A stretch of 63,935 bases of DNA, counting the filler, from Welwitschia mirabilis (taxonomy: Eukaryota), in NCBI GenBank assembly GCA_051453625.1. It is 4 parts of one record of this genome, joined end to end, with 100 filler letters (N's around TTAATTAATTAA, not from the genome) between each part and the next. Parts side by side here need not be neighbours in the genome. Positions count along the whole stretch, not along the records: positions 31,313 to 43,628 come from JBOZIK010000001.1; positions 43,729 to 62,818 come from JBOZIK010000001.1; 2 more parts are not named here. One strand, written 5' to 3'. This document shows, in pieces, positions 36,890-49,979 of the stretch (position 1 is the stretch's first letter; each line of letters starts with the position of its first letter). The notes beneath the pieces are model-generated. The model was not told the DNA's origin and searched no databases. It worked only from the letters and a program-made list of their open reading frames with translations. Made by a program: the position numbers and the translations under genes.

Positions 36890-39800
36890 GATGAAGTATT
36901 TTAAGAGCTTTTGTATGACATTTAGATAAGTTTAAGTGGAGTTTCAATGATTATGAAGAAACAATGGGATAATCGTAAAAATATGTAATTCTTATCACAT
37001 TTAAAGGCATTTTAGGTAAATTTTGATACTTAACATTCTAAAGAGCAGCCCAATGATTTAAGAGGCTGATTTTCCTTAATTAAAGAATTGAGGAGGATGC
37101 GATCTGCATGATCATTAGGACGACAGTTACTAGATAATAGTACATCTAGAGCTAATAGGGATGCTAACATGGATCAGGGCTAGAAAATAACAAGTCATCT
37201 TTTATTGTGGAATGTTATCTCCATAATCATTTAGAGGACAATCAAGATGATGATTATTTTATATGATAAATAAATTATTATTTTAATCAATTCATGCAAC
37301 TCATGTGTATTACTAGGATTTTATTTCTGACTTATAAGGTTTTATTTCTTAATCTTTCATGTAAAACTATAAATACCTCCTTGTTCTCACTCCCAAAATG
37401 ATCTTTTTATACTAAAAATCCTTATGATGGAAGATAGAAGGGAAAGAGGTCCATCCTAGCTATAGGGAGCAGTCTTTCTTGGTATTAGATTGTGTATCCT
37501 CTATTAAGGTGCTAGTACTTTATAAGTGAATGCTTGGTTTAGCATTAGTAAAATATTCTTTTACTTCTTTATGTACATCTCCCTTATGGTTAATGTTGGT
37601 TATGATTCCATAATAATTTCATAGTTGATTTAGATCATAAGCGTAATCTTTGATAGGTTGATATTATTAATTTAAGTACTTGCATTCCACTTTATCTTAC
37701 ATTTCTATAGTTATAATAATTGCATTTATCTATATTCTATTCAATGTGCTCTAGAGATTATGTTGGTTAGGATTAAGTGATAGTTTTTCCTAAATGATCT
37801 AGCTATATAAGCTAATCTTGGTGATAGAAAGATTAGTAGTCGAATAGATTCATTACTTTGAGTTATTTCATTTGCATTTATAAGCATTGCATTAGCATTT
37901 ATCTTTCATTACATTTTTGCATTGGTTTTTTTTGCATTTACTTAATGGGAAAAAAACCAAAAATAGTTTACTAAAACCAATTCTCTAGCTTTTAGGCTAA
38001 TGCCTTCAATAGATTATAATATTTGGGTTAGCTCTTATCTATACAAGTGTGTGTTATGTTTAAGCATTTGTGATTTATAGGATTTTCTTAAGGACTTAAG
38101 GATTTCATAAATTTACACAACAACATTTTAGTGCTATTATCAAGAAAGGCTACAATGAGATGAAGGATTATCACCATCAAAATAAGTACCTTGGATTTTG
38201 ATTTAAGTTATTTATTTAAATAGCACTATATTTCTACTTTAGATTCCATAGGTTTATTTTTTGCAATTTTTATTTTAGTAGTTTTAGTAAGTCTTATCTT
38301 CTCTCTATTATTTAGTTAACATTACAATGGTCTGACATCCTCTCCTCTATTGTTTAGATGACTTCTATTGGTCATCTTTTNNNNNNNNNNNNNNNNNNNN
38401 NNNNNNNNNNNNNNNNNNNNNNNNNNNNNNNNNNNNNNNNNNNNNNNNNNNNNNNNNNNNNNNNNNNNNNNNNNNNNNNNATAATATTTGGGTTAGCTCT
38501 TATCTATACAAGTGTGTGTTATGTTTAAGAATTTGTGATTTATAGGATTTTCTTAAGGACTTCAGGATTTCATAAATTTACATAACAACATTTTAGTGCT
38601 ATTATCAAGAAAGGCTACAATGAGATGAAGGATTATCACCATCAAAATAAGTACCTTGAATTTTAATTTAAGTTATTTATTTGAATAGTACTATATTTCT
38701 ACTTTAGATTCCATAGGTTTATTTTTTGCAATTTTTATTTTAGTAGTTTTAGTAAGTCTTATCATTCTCTTTATTATTTAGTTAACATTACAATGGTCTG
38801 ACATCCTCTCCTCTATTGCTTAGATGACTTCTATTGGTCATCTTTCATATCATCTAGATGATTGACAAGATGATGACCATTATACATTTTTTATATGTTC
38901 ATAATCTAAATAATTTTGGCAAAAATATGAAATATTAGAGGGAATAGAGCTTGATCTTCACCTTATACTTGTCTTCCCTACCATCTTAATTAATTCTTCT
39001 TATTTCATTATTCTCATCTATTTCTATGAATAGTGATTAAAAAAACCTTCAAGAAATTTTCTTTAAAGGAGAAAAAGAATTTATGAGGACAATGATAAAA
39101 GACAACTTTGAGAATTTTTTATAGAAAGAGGGTGAACAATACTAAATGATGTTAAGACTAGGAATTAAGCTCCTTCCTGATGTCAACCTTCTTATTTTTA
39201 TCCCTTTCCTTTTCAGGCTTTATGTGGAAATGACAACAAAGATTTTAAATATTTTAGGGATTGAACCTCATTTAGAGAAGCATCATATAATCATTTTAGC
39301 AAACCCCAACCATCTCTGATGAATTACTATGAAGAAGATCCATCTTCTATAAATCACAATAAAGAAGAAGAAGGCTCACTTCATAAGTCAATCAAAGAAA
39401 TTAAGAAGATGTAAGAAATTATCAACAAAAATTTATAAAATAAATAGGATCCTTACACAAACTATGATTCAAGTTCAACTTTTTCAAGGTTCTTTTATGA
39501 CATAAAATTATCAAACCTATCGCACATGTTCTACTATATCCTATCTTAAGAAAAATAAGAAGACCTCAGGAACAAGTGGCAATGATTCTTACCTTAAAAT
39601 AGAAAATGAGATTTTGGATCAAACTTCAACATTCCACTTATTAGGAGACGATCAAAAGGAAGATAATAATAACTTAATTTAATTTTTTGATAATAAGGAT
39701 GAAGATGATTATTCATCAAATGATTATATTGAGACACTAGATTATATCTCTAGGATTCATTTACTACTACAAAATTCAAACAAAATAAAGGAATCATTTA

Positions 39801-40320
39801 ATAAAGAATATGAAAATTTTTTAACCCATGATGAAGATAATGATCACATTTCTCTTAATGATCTTTTTAATGAATCTTATAGCTTGAAGAAGGAGAGAAA
39901 TACTCAATAAGAGAAAGAAGATATAGTAAAAAATGATGATGTAGAAAGTGAAGAAATAATTCATTAAAGTAATGATAAAGAAAATAATAAAGAATAGAAA
40001 CATAATGAAGGACTAATAGAGATTCAGTAAAACTTAACAGAGGATAGACTTTGTTCATTCCCATGCAACAAACTAACTTAAAGATTCTACCCATGTTTCT
40101 CCATCCCTTTCACTTGTGCTTTCATGTCAAACTTTAAATAACATCCTTCCTTCTACTTCTATTCCCATGTTACCTTATAATCTTGATAATTGTAACATTT
40201 TTCCATCTCTTCCATTTGAATCTTCATATAATTTATCAAAGTCACTATTGTGGTAAGAATTTATGCAATGTTTCACATCTTGATTTAAATCCTGTTAATT
40301 ACAAATAAGATGGACAAATA
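36890..40320 (+). mobile_element. Athila-like element 5' end: LTR (~36890-38125), eroded PBS (38126-38146), leader and gag-like debris
   Basis: TATA-like CTATAAATA at ~37367. LTR end CACAACAACA is followed by TTTTAGTGCTATTATCAAGAA, a deaminated TTTTGGCGCCGTTGCCGGGGA. QEQVAMILTLK at ~39570 (cf. EQVKAVITLRSG). Confidence 0.6.
38017..38845. repeat. ~365-bp duplication flanking a 100-N gap (38017-38380 vs 38481-38845)
   Basis: Direct comparison; near-identical. Confidence 0.85.
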
Positions 40321-43189
40321 TNNNNNNNNNNNNNNNNNNNNNNNNNNNNNNNNNNNNNNNNNNNNNNNNNNNNNNNNNNNNNNNNNNNNNNNNNNNNNNN
40401 NNNNNNNNNNNNNNNNNNNNNNNNNNNNNNNNNNNNNNNNNNNNNNNNNNNNNNNNNNNNNNNNNNNNNNNNNNNNNNNNNNNNNNNNNNNNNNNNNNNN
40501 NNNNNNNNNNNNNNNNNNNNNNNNNNNNNNNNNNNNNNNNNNNNNNNNNNNNNNNNNNNNNNNNNNNNNNNNNNNNNNNNNNNNNNNNNNNNNNNNNNNN
40601 NNNNNNNNNNNNNNNNNNNNNNNNNNNNNNNNNNNNNNNNNNNNNNNNNNNNNNNNNNNNNNNNNNNNNNNNNNNNNNNNNNNNNNNNNNNNNNNNNNNN
40701 NNNNNNNNNNNNNNNNNNNNNNNNNNNNNNNNNNNNNNNNNNNNNNNNNNNNNNNNNNNNNNNNNNNNNNNNNNNNNNNNNNNNNNNNNNNNNNNNNNNN
40801 NNNNNNNNNNNNNNNNNNNNNNNNNNNNNNNNNNNNNNNNNNNNNNNNNNNNNNNNNNNNNNNNNNNNNNNNNNNNNNNNNNNNNNNNNNNNNNNNNNNN
40901 NNNNNNNNNNNNNNNNNNNNNNNNNNNNNNNNNNNNNNNNNNNNNNNNNNNNNNNNNNNNNNNNNNNNNNNNNNNNNNNNNNNNNNNNNNNNNNNNNNNN
41001 NNNNNNNNNNNNNNNNNNNNNNNNCCTGTCAGGATACATATGAACTATTTTTGACTGGTTTTCAAGATGTCATCCGCCTATGATGTCTAAACGATGATGT
41101 GGTCAACGATGTTTGGTAGAAAGATCTTCAGTTCAACTGCGATTTATCTCAAAAGAACTCTATTTATTCCTCAATTGGAGTTGTCATTCTAACTATCATG
41201 TGGACGATGGGGTGGACGACAGTCATTTCTTGATCTTTAGTTAGTCAAATTGCTTTATTGTTTTCAGGAATAGTTATCTAAAATAACATTTATCCATATC
41301 TGCATGAAATGCTTGTGTTTTATCTGATATTTGCATGTTTTCAACTTGTGTTCCTTGATTCTAAATTATCATAGGAACTAAGCATTTATCTATTAGTTTC
41401 TCTGCAAAATAACTCATAATATCCTATCAAATACACATAAGTTNNNNNNNNNNNNNNNNNNNNNNNNNNNNNNNNNNNNNNNNNNNNNNNNNNNNNNNNN
41501 NNNNNNNNNNNNNNNNNNNNNNNNNNNNNNNNNNNNNNNNNNNNNNNNNNNNNNNNNNNNNNNNNNNNNNNNNNNNNNNNNNNNNNNNNNNNNNNNNNNN
41601 NNNNNNNNNNNNNNNNNNNNNNNNNNNNNNNNNNNNNNNNNNNNNNNNNNNNNNNNNNNNNNNNNNNNNNNNNNNNNNNNNNNNNNNNNNNNNNNNNNNN
41701 NNNNNNNNNNNNNNNNNTAGGGTCTGAAACCTATGATAGAAATTATATTTTGCATTAATATTGATAATTAGATCCTCACTATGATAAACTGTCAAATAAA
41801 AGATGAGCATCATGTAAAAATCCAAGAATCCTATTTCAGAAATATGCTATCATGTATTCTCATAATCGAAAAAATTTATATCAGAAACATGCAATACTGA
41901 AAATATATGTGTATCCTATCCCTCACTTAAAATGTGCAATGTGTCCCAAATTGCCNNNNNNNNNNNNNNNNNNNNNNNNNNNNNNNNNNNNNNNNNNNNN
42001 NNNNNNNNNNNNNNNNNNNNNNNNNNNNNNNNNNNNNNNNNNNNNNNNNNNNNNNNNNNNNNNNNNNNNNNNNNNNNNNNNNNNNNNNNNNNNNNNNNNN
42101 NNNNNNNNNNNNNNNNNNNNNNNNNNNNNNNNNNNNNNNNNNNNNNNNNNNNNNNNNNNNNNNNNNNNNNNNNNNNNNNNNNNNNNNNNNNNNNNNNNNN
42201 NNNNNNNNNNNNNNNNNNNNNNNNNNNNNNNNNNNNNNNNNNNNNNNNNNNNNNNNNNNNNNNNNNNNNNNNNNNNNNNNNNNNNNNNNNNNNNNNNNNN
42301 NNNNNNNNNNNNNNNNNNNNNNNNNNNNNNNNNNNNNNNNNNNNNNNNNNNNNNNNNNNNNNNNNNNNNNNNNNNNNNNNNNNNNNNNNNNNNNNNNNNN
42401 NNNNNNNNNNNNNNNNNNNNNNNNNNNNNNNNNNNNNNNNNNNNNNNNNNNNNNNNNNNNNNNNNNNNNNNNNNNNNNNNNNNNNNNNNNNNNNNNNNNN
42501 NNNNNNNNNNNNNNNNNNNNNNNNNNNNNNNNNNNNNNNNNNNNNNNNNNNNNNNNNNNNNNNNNNNNNNNNNNNNNNNNNNNNNNNNNNNNNNNNNNNN
42601 NNNNNNNNNNNNNNNNNNNNNNNNNNNNNNNNNNNNNNNNNNNNNNNNNNNNNNNNNNNNNNNNNNNNNNNNNNNNNNNNNNNNNNNNNNNNNNNNNNNN
42701 NNNNNNNNNNNNNNNNNNNNNNNNNNNNNNNNNNNNNNNNNNNNNNNNNNNNNNNNNNNNNNNNNNNNNNNNNNNNNNNNNNNNNNNNNNNNNNNNNNNN
42801 NNNNNNNNNTGCAATTACGACTAGAATTAAAAAACTACTAAACACGTAAAGTCCTAAGAAAAGAAGAAAATGCGAAAATGACTAGAAAATAGTAGACATG
42901 AAAAAAGAAGAAAAGTAGAGGGGAAATAGACACAAGGAATAAGAAAAAGAGTGTTTACCTATTTTAAGTACTAACGTAGTAAATCCCAAAGGAAAATATC
43001 ATAACTTTACCTGAGTAAAGGTGCATAACAAAATGTATTAACTTGATAAAGTTCATTCGAAAGGGTAGTGGTTATGGCGATATTCAAGGTTTCAAATGTG
43101 TAGAACAATGAAGGTCAAAACCAGAAGTTAGTTAGAAATGGAGTCATCTATTTCTACTGACAAACTCATCAAGATCTCCAAAAGTAAAA

Positions 43190-43500
43190 TGATCAAGTGG
43201 GTATACTAAAAATTTTTATTTCTTTTGCCATGATGAGGGGAGTGCAATAACTGTCAGAGGAGTAAGGACCTGCGAAGCATGGTCAACTAACCCCCCAGTG
43301 GAGTTCCCACAGCTATCATATTACACTGCCAAAGGCTCCTCTTGGAAATATTTGCCTAGGTGTAGTTGCAGTAGGACATCATGCTTTGCACCTTTTTTTT
43401 TTGATAAATAAAAGACAATTCCCACAAGATCACATAATTAAGAAGACTAAGGCAAATAAGTAAAGTAAAAGATAGAAAAGAACACTCTTTGATAACTTAG
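43190..43500. repeat. Dispersed repeat, copy 1 (retroelement internal region), homologous to ~62080-62500
   Basis: CCATGATGAGGGGAGTGCAA...GGAGTAAGGACC...AACTAACCCCC..GTGGAGTT..CACTGCCAAAGGC is shared in the same orientation. Confidence 0.75.
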
Positions 43501-45271
43501 GATTTAACCACCATTGAAAAAACAATACAAGAAGCAAGGTAGCTTACTATAAATACAGTCTATAGACATGGGAATGTCTCAAGATTGGGAGAATCCAATC
43601 TTACCACTTATAAATGTCCAAGTATAAANNNNNNNNNNNNNNNNNNNNNNNNNNNNNNNNNNNNNNNNNNNNTTAATTAATTAANNNNNNNNNNNNNNNN
43701 NNNNNNNNNNNNNNNNNNNNNNNNNNNNTAGAAGCTATACTTTTATCATGATGTTTAACATCAAAAGGTATTTTCTTGAAGAATGTTTATGGAATGTAAT
43801 CCACTATGAGGATGTAACAGTTTGAATGAATCTTTAGAAGATAAGGTAGTGATAAAGTTGAATTGTGTTTTAGTGATAATAAGATCTTTATTTAATGTAT
43901 TAAAGGCCATTTATGGTATTTTCCTACTACTATGTAGTGATATAATGTAGAGATAGATCCTCTATACAACATTAGTCAAGTTGACATAGTATATACAAAA
44001 TTGGTCTTATGAGGCAATTTTAGTAATCTCTACTTTAATATCATTCATTTATGAAATTAGTTATTGCATTCTTTTCCTTTCTCATAATGTAATCTATTCA
44101 TGCTTGTGATGATATTAATAAGCTACAAATCATTCTTTGAATAAAATGTATCCTACAATGTGATGAAGTTGGCATAGCTGGTCTTACTACAAACTATCAT
44201 TTTTTAAATGTTATGAAACCATAAATTTTCTCATAATTTCTATTAACTTAATAACAATATACTTTTAAGTATTTTATTCCTTTAGAAGATAACTATGAAC
44301 ATGTGATTTCTTAGAGAAATAAGTGTTAGAACCATATACTTGCATGGTAAACATGAAATCTTCATATTGATCTTTCCAACTTTGATCATCCTGAAGAATG
44401 ACTTTGATGTTGGTTATGATATCAGTTGTTAATATTAATTTGAAGTAGTTTAAGAACATCTAAAACTTGCCATTTGAGATTGCCATAGTTGATGTAATGG
44501 GAAAAAGAGATGAAAATTTATGAAGTATAGTAGATTTTTAGGGGAACCTTACTCACATCCATAATTGAACAATGGATTTATCCTTCATATAAAGAATAGT
44601 TATTANNNNNNNNNNNNNNNNNNNNNNNNNNNNNNNNNNNNNNNNNNNNNNNNNNNNNNNNNNNNNNNNNNNNNNNNNNNNNNNNNNNNNNNNNCTATGC
44701 AAATCACAATGATACAAAATCAAAAAAACGCAAGGGGCGGAGGGTTGGGGGAACCAAAAAGAGTCATGATAGAGAGGTATAGCTAATTCAAAAGGGATCT
44801 TACTCATATCCACAAATAAAATGATTTATCTAATCTGTAAAAGTGTGATAAAATTTGATAAACCTAACCCTTTGACATTCACAGCATAAGGAAAACACAC
44901 TAATTTGTTAAGAAATCCTTATGTGAATGAGGTAAATTTTAAGGCAAAGTATCTAAGTCATTAGATAATTAAGTGAAATCTTTATTAATTTTAGGCCTTG
45001 ATCCAAATATCAACAGTGATCAAATCCTCTCCAAGGGCATAACCCTTGTCTTCAAAAAAAGTAAAAAGATAAAATATAAATTACATTTGGGGGGCATCGA
45101 AGTCATTGGCCAATTTTATTTACTTTAGCTATGTAACCCCCTTAAGAGATAGTAAGATATAATATTCATGATCTGCTTATATTTTAAACTTAGTAAATTT
45201 AAAATTTCTTAAACTTATGCCTTTTCGTCAACTTGGTAATTGACAAAATAAAATTTACATAATAAATAATA

Positions 45272-46085
45272 TATGTTATGAATAATTATAGGTTAGAAAC
45301 ATAGGAATTAATATTTAGTTTACCTAAGTAATAGTAATTATGTTTGTTCTTTACACATTGCTTAGGAATTATAGTTTAGGATTTCTTAATGCATAAGTAA
45401 CTAATGAAAATAATTATTATTTTTTTATAGGTTTATATACACTTATAGAATGATGACAAGTGTCATAACTACTAGTAATAGAAAATAACATGACAAGAAG
45501 AAAGGAGGTGATTTCATTACATGCAAGTGTTAGATGGCAAGTGGAGGTAGACCTAGCAATGAAAAAAAATATGTTTAAAATCCACTAAGCTAATGCATAA
45601 CAAGTGCCAATGTACTCCCTTAAATAAAGGAGGTGCTGTTACTCACTCTTATATAAGTGTCCTTCCTATAACTACCCAAGAAGTGCTATAAATACAACCT
45701 ATAGATACCCTTGTAAGGATCTTTTGGCACACTTAGCATAACATCTAACGAATGGTAGCAAGGCTTAGGGTCAACTTTGAAGTACTCTTCTTCATTTTAT
45801 ATTTTCCTTGCAAAGGAAGCACCATTTGTAATTAGGTTATTTGTCATAATATAAGCATTTTATTTTTAAAAAGAATGATGTTTCTGTTATGATTTCATTA
45901 CAACATTTATTTCATATTGTAAACTAGAAAGTTATCCTTTGAAATGCTATTTCACTTTGTTTACATATTAAACGGTATTGTAAACTAATATGTTACTTGA
46001 AAAAGTAATGCTATATTTACTTTTCCTCCTATATATATTGTTGGATAGGTGTTGTGCCGCCAACTTATAAATACGCACTGCAACA
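45272..46085 (+). mobile_element. Possible solo LTR
   Basis: TGTT start, internal CTATAAATA (~45687), and end ATAAATACGCACTGCAACA similar to the other Athila/Tat-like LTR ends. No TSD found. Confidence 0.3.
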
Positions 46086-46779
46086 GTAGGTATTAGGATA
46101 CAACAATGCTTAGAAATAGGTGCTATCCAATCCTTACAAATAAGTGCTCTCTAGAATTATTTTACCACTATTTTTGTGTTGCATGACTTTATGTACAAAG
46201 CTAGCTAGTAAAACTAATAAAGTACTATATTATTCCAAGAACTGACCTTGAGAAGTCTTGTAGAAGAAATAGTTTCTACAACAAAGTTATTTTTAGTGAC
46301 TTGAACAACAAAAGTAAATAAATATTTCATACCTCAAAGTAATCTTAGGTTCTTCAAGGCCTCCCCTTAAACAAAATAATTTTATGATGAATCTGTAAGA
46401 TTAAGGTTATAACAACACACAATATTCCCTACTTTTACTTATTTCTGCTATACAAAATTGCATAAATAATCTTAGTACTAAGTCCTATTAGTAATGATAT
46501 CCAAGTAGACCTACCATTATGCCTCTAGTCTTCACTCAATACACCCTCAATTACCAAGGCATGTATGGCAAGCTAAACCTTAGAATAGTTGGAACATTTC
46601 TATTTAAGAGAGACATGGCTCTTCATATGATCCGAACTATAGAATTCAGTAGTTAAAAACTACATAAGAACTTAGAGGATGACATAGCTTAACAAAGACC
46701 TATGTCTAAGTAAGGCTTCCGATGCCCACCATGAACGANNNNNNNNNNNNNNNNNNNNNNNNNNNNNNNNNNNNNNATA

Positions 46780-49085
46780 ATTTTTAATTTTAATTCCTAA
46801 AACATTAAATGTGTAAAGATGTTCGCTTTAAGTGTAAAGTCAAAAGAACACCAAAAAAGAAAAAGAGAACTTGGTTTTGATATGGCTAAGTTAAGTGGAT
46901 GTTGTTCAACATCCCAATTTAACTTGATCTATCTAAAATACAAGTGAAAGCAAGGTCTAAGTCAAGCGGATCTTGCTTCACATCTCAACTTGACTTGACA
47001 TAAGAAAGAAAGATATTAATGTGTTTACAATGAGTAAAATGCCTAAAAAACTAAAAAATTATAAAACTTAAAAAAAAATGCTAACAAGTGCATGTGCGCA
47101 GAAAAGGGCCAAAAACGCAATACAAAATGCATATATGCAAACCCAATTAAAAAACTATAAAAAAAACCAAATTTTACATATGTGCAAAAAAAACAAAACT
47201 CCAAATGCTCATATGTCAAACAAATTTAAATCTTGGAAATTTTAAAAATTTTTAGTTATGGGTCCAAGGTCAAAATATAAAGAAAGAATTAGTGTCTTCA
47301 AAAATCAGTCTAAAGATTTGGTTCAACTGCATGCAAAGAAGAGCAATTACGCCGTGCAGCGTTAGTGTCTTGCTTTGCAGAGCTAGGGGAGCTACAAGAA
47401 ATCCTGATGTTGTGGCGGTGGGGAACAATCAGTAAGACAAAAGTGATCCTTTTGAGTTCTTTTTCCTTGTGCTATGGTAGGGTCTGAGGGTGTGACAGGC
47501 AGGATGAAAACAGGATTGAAGCTTGTTGACAGTAAGGAAGAAGTGTTGTGCAGTGAGGTACTTGCTAAGATGGTTAGGAGCTGCGTTTGAAAGGATCTGA
47601 CAGCAGCGACGTGCAGGTGCTGTAGCGGTGGAGCTAAAGCCTTCATTGCTACTGTGTTGAAGATGAAGAGTGCAACGCTGAAGATCGTGTTCATTTACAA
47701 TATGAATGCACTGGTTTCCTGGTCTTTCCTCAGTTAGAGGAGAGGAACCATAGCTGTTGTCTGCTCTGATAAAAAAACACATCCGCCGCGGCTAGAAACA
47801 GCAGGATAGAGTGTCGGGGCTAGCAGAAGTGCTCGCAAGACAGAGTATCAGGGCCACAGCTAGAAACTGTATGCTGTGAACTCTGGTATCAAAGTGCGAG
47901 TAGCAAATTGACAAACTCAAATGAAGAAGAGATTGACGGACATGCAAAGGAGATGCAGAGAGAACTCCAAGATGCACTGTTTCCTCGTAAATAGTTTACA
48001 ACAAAAATGACTGCAAATGCGGAGCGAGAGCAGCTGCGAGAGTGGCTGCGTTAAGAAAGAGAGAGCATTAACAGAAAGACCAACACGCTCTAGTGTTTTG
48101 CCAAGCACAAGAATTTGCAGAAATCACAGGAGTTGCAGAGAGTGTTTTAAAGCATAAGGAATGGCTACGACATCTTAAAGTATAGTAGCATCTGTGATCG
48201 TCTTTGGACTTAAGAAGATCGTAAAATTCACTTCCAGAAGGAAGCATTCAAGGCTTGTTCCAGAATGCAAAACAAAAAATGAATTGGTGATGATGCAGTA
48301 AACTTGTGGTGCAGGACTTTTAGAGTCGGTCGGATACTCACCTATCCCAATAATCCAAAAACCGAAAATCATAGCAGGAAAAAAAAAGAAACTCTCACTG
48401 TAACAAAACCACCTTTCGAAATAGCAGTGACAGAAATCTTTGTGACAAAACCAACTGCAAAGAGGCTCCTTTCCAAGGAAAAAGCTTATCCTTGAGGTAC
48501 ATATTTTTCCAACCAAAAGTATGGCATTCTGAACTTCTAGCCTTTGTGCCTCTTTAAGAATATCTCTTTAAAAGAGAGAAGTCAAACTTTTCTTCAACGT
48601 GTGAAAGCAAATAGCATATTGAAGCCTGCAAGGCATGAAATAGGAAATCCCTAAAAAATATAGGTTTTTAGATTACAAACCCTAAAGAATAATGGAAAAC
48701 ACGACACAAACAACTAAAGAAACAAAGAACTTGGTATTTAAAACTATAAAAATCAATAAATCTAAAAAACTCTACGTAATATAACCATGCAACCGACATG
48801 TAAGGGCATGCAAGAGGGCATGTCCTCAAGAGACTCATAAACTTAGCCTAAGTTTTGATACCAAATGCAAGGAAAGAAGAAGGGGAAAAAAAAGAAAAAA
48901 AAACTATTAGTAAAAATGGGTAAAACTCTAAAATAAGATTTCAAAAATAATATTTTATTTTTCTTCTTCATTTTAAATAATATAGCTTACTTTTATAGGT
49001 AAGCACACCTAATTAGGTTCCATGAGGGCTTTCATTTTTCCTAATTGTACTACTACAATGCAACTTATTAGTACACTAGCAAAAA
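46780..49085 (-). mobile_element. LTR retrotransposon 5' end: LTR end (~48866-49085), Met-PBS (~48852-48863) and long leader
   Basis: Minus strand reads ...CCTTGCA-TT-TGGTATCAAAAC. Same family as 5170-6180. The leader has no coherent protein. Confidence 0.6.
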
Positions 49086-49979
49086 GCCATAGGCAAGGCA
49101 ATGGGTAAAATCAGTAAAAATACCCCCCCTCGACTAGCCACACGGCAGCCAGTGAGTGACCAACTAGTTTCACCTGCCCTACATATGAACCGCCTACACT
49201 ATTACAAAGGCCACCCAAGTATCTGGTCCACCTGAACCAGTTGGGAGTTGGAACAAGTAGACATGATAAACAGGTAGCGGTTATAATGGAACCGCCACCC
49301 AACACACCCTAACTGAGACATGGCACGCGTAGCCCTGTTAATGATGGTGACTCCCAATAAGTATCAGGGCTCGAACTGGTGGTAACACGTGTGAGAAACT
49401 AGAACCGTAAGAAATGAGCACACCTATCCAGTTAAAAAATAGTAAGCAACAAGGCAGCAGTGATGGCATAGAAGTATAGGGGAAGAAGACTCTAGGGCCA
49501 TAAAGTATGAGTTAAAACATGGAGATGATTCTTCATAGAGGTACACCATCCAAAGGGGGATACAGAGGGTGTCACAGAGACATCTAATGATTCTGATGTA
49601 CCTTTTAAATCCACTTGTCTTAATAAGATGGGTGTGTAAATACCAGGATAGTAATAGCTAGTGGAGTCACCTCTATACATTCCTTTATCATAATATATGT
49701 ACCAACAAAGCCATTAGGGTTTCTCCAAGATGAAAAATCTAGTTTTTTTAGTACTTCAATCACTTTGAAAACATACTCAAGGATGAGATAGTAATTAAGA
49801 TAAAAAAGCAACAAAAGATAGCACACTCTGAGTTCGAGTTCTGAATATGAGACGTCTTCTTCTTATGAAGTATATAATGAATGTTATTTCAAATAGCATA
49901 CTGATACTGATGATGGTGATGATGACCAACCATACATTACACCATTATATTTAATAATTCTCTTAGTGCCTAGTGCATG

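Noticed and set aside
47392..48516. Five overlapping minus-strand ORFs as a frameshifted or multi-exon gene
   Set aside because: No coherent domain or splice pattern; the position after a PBS fits a retroelement leader.
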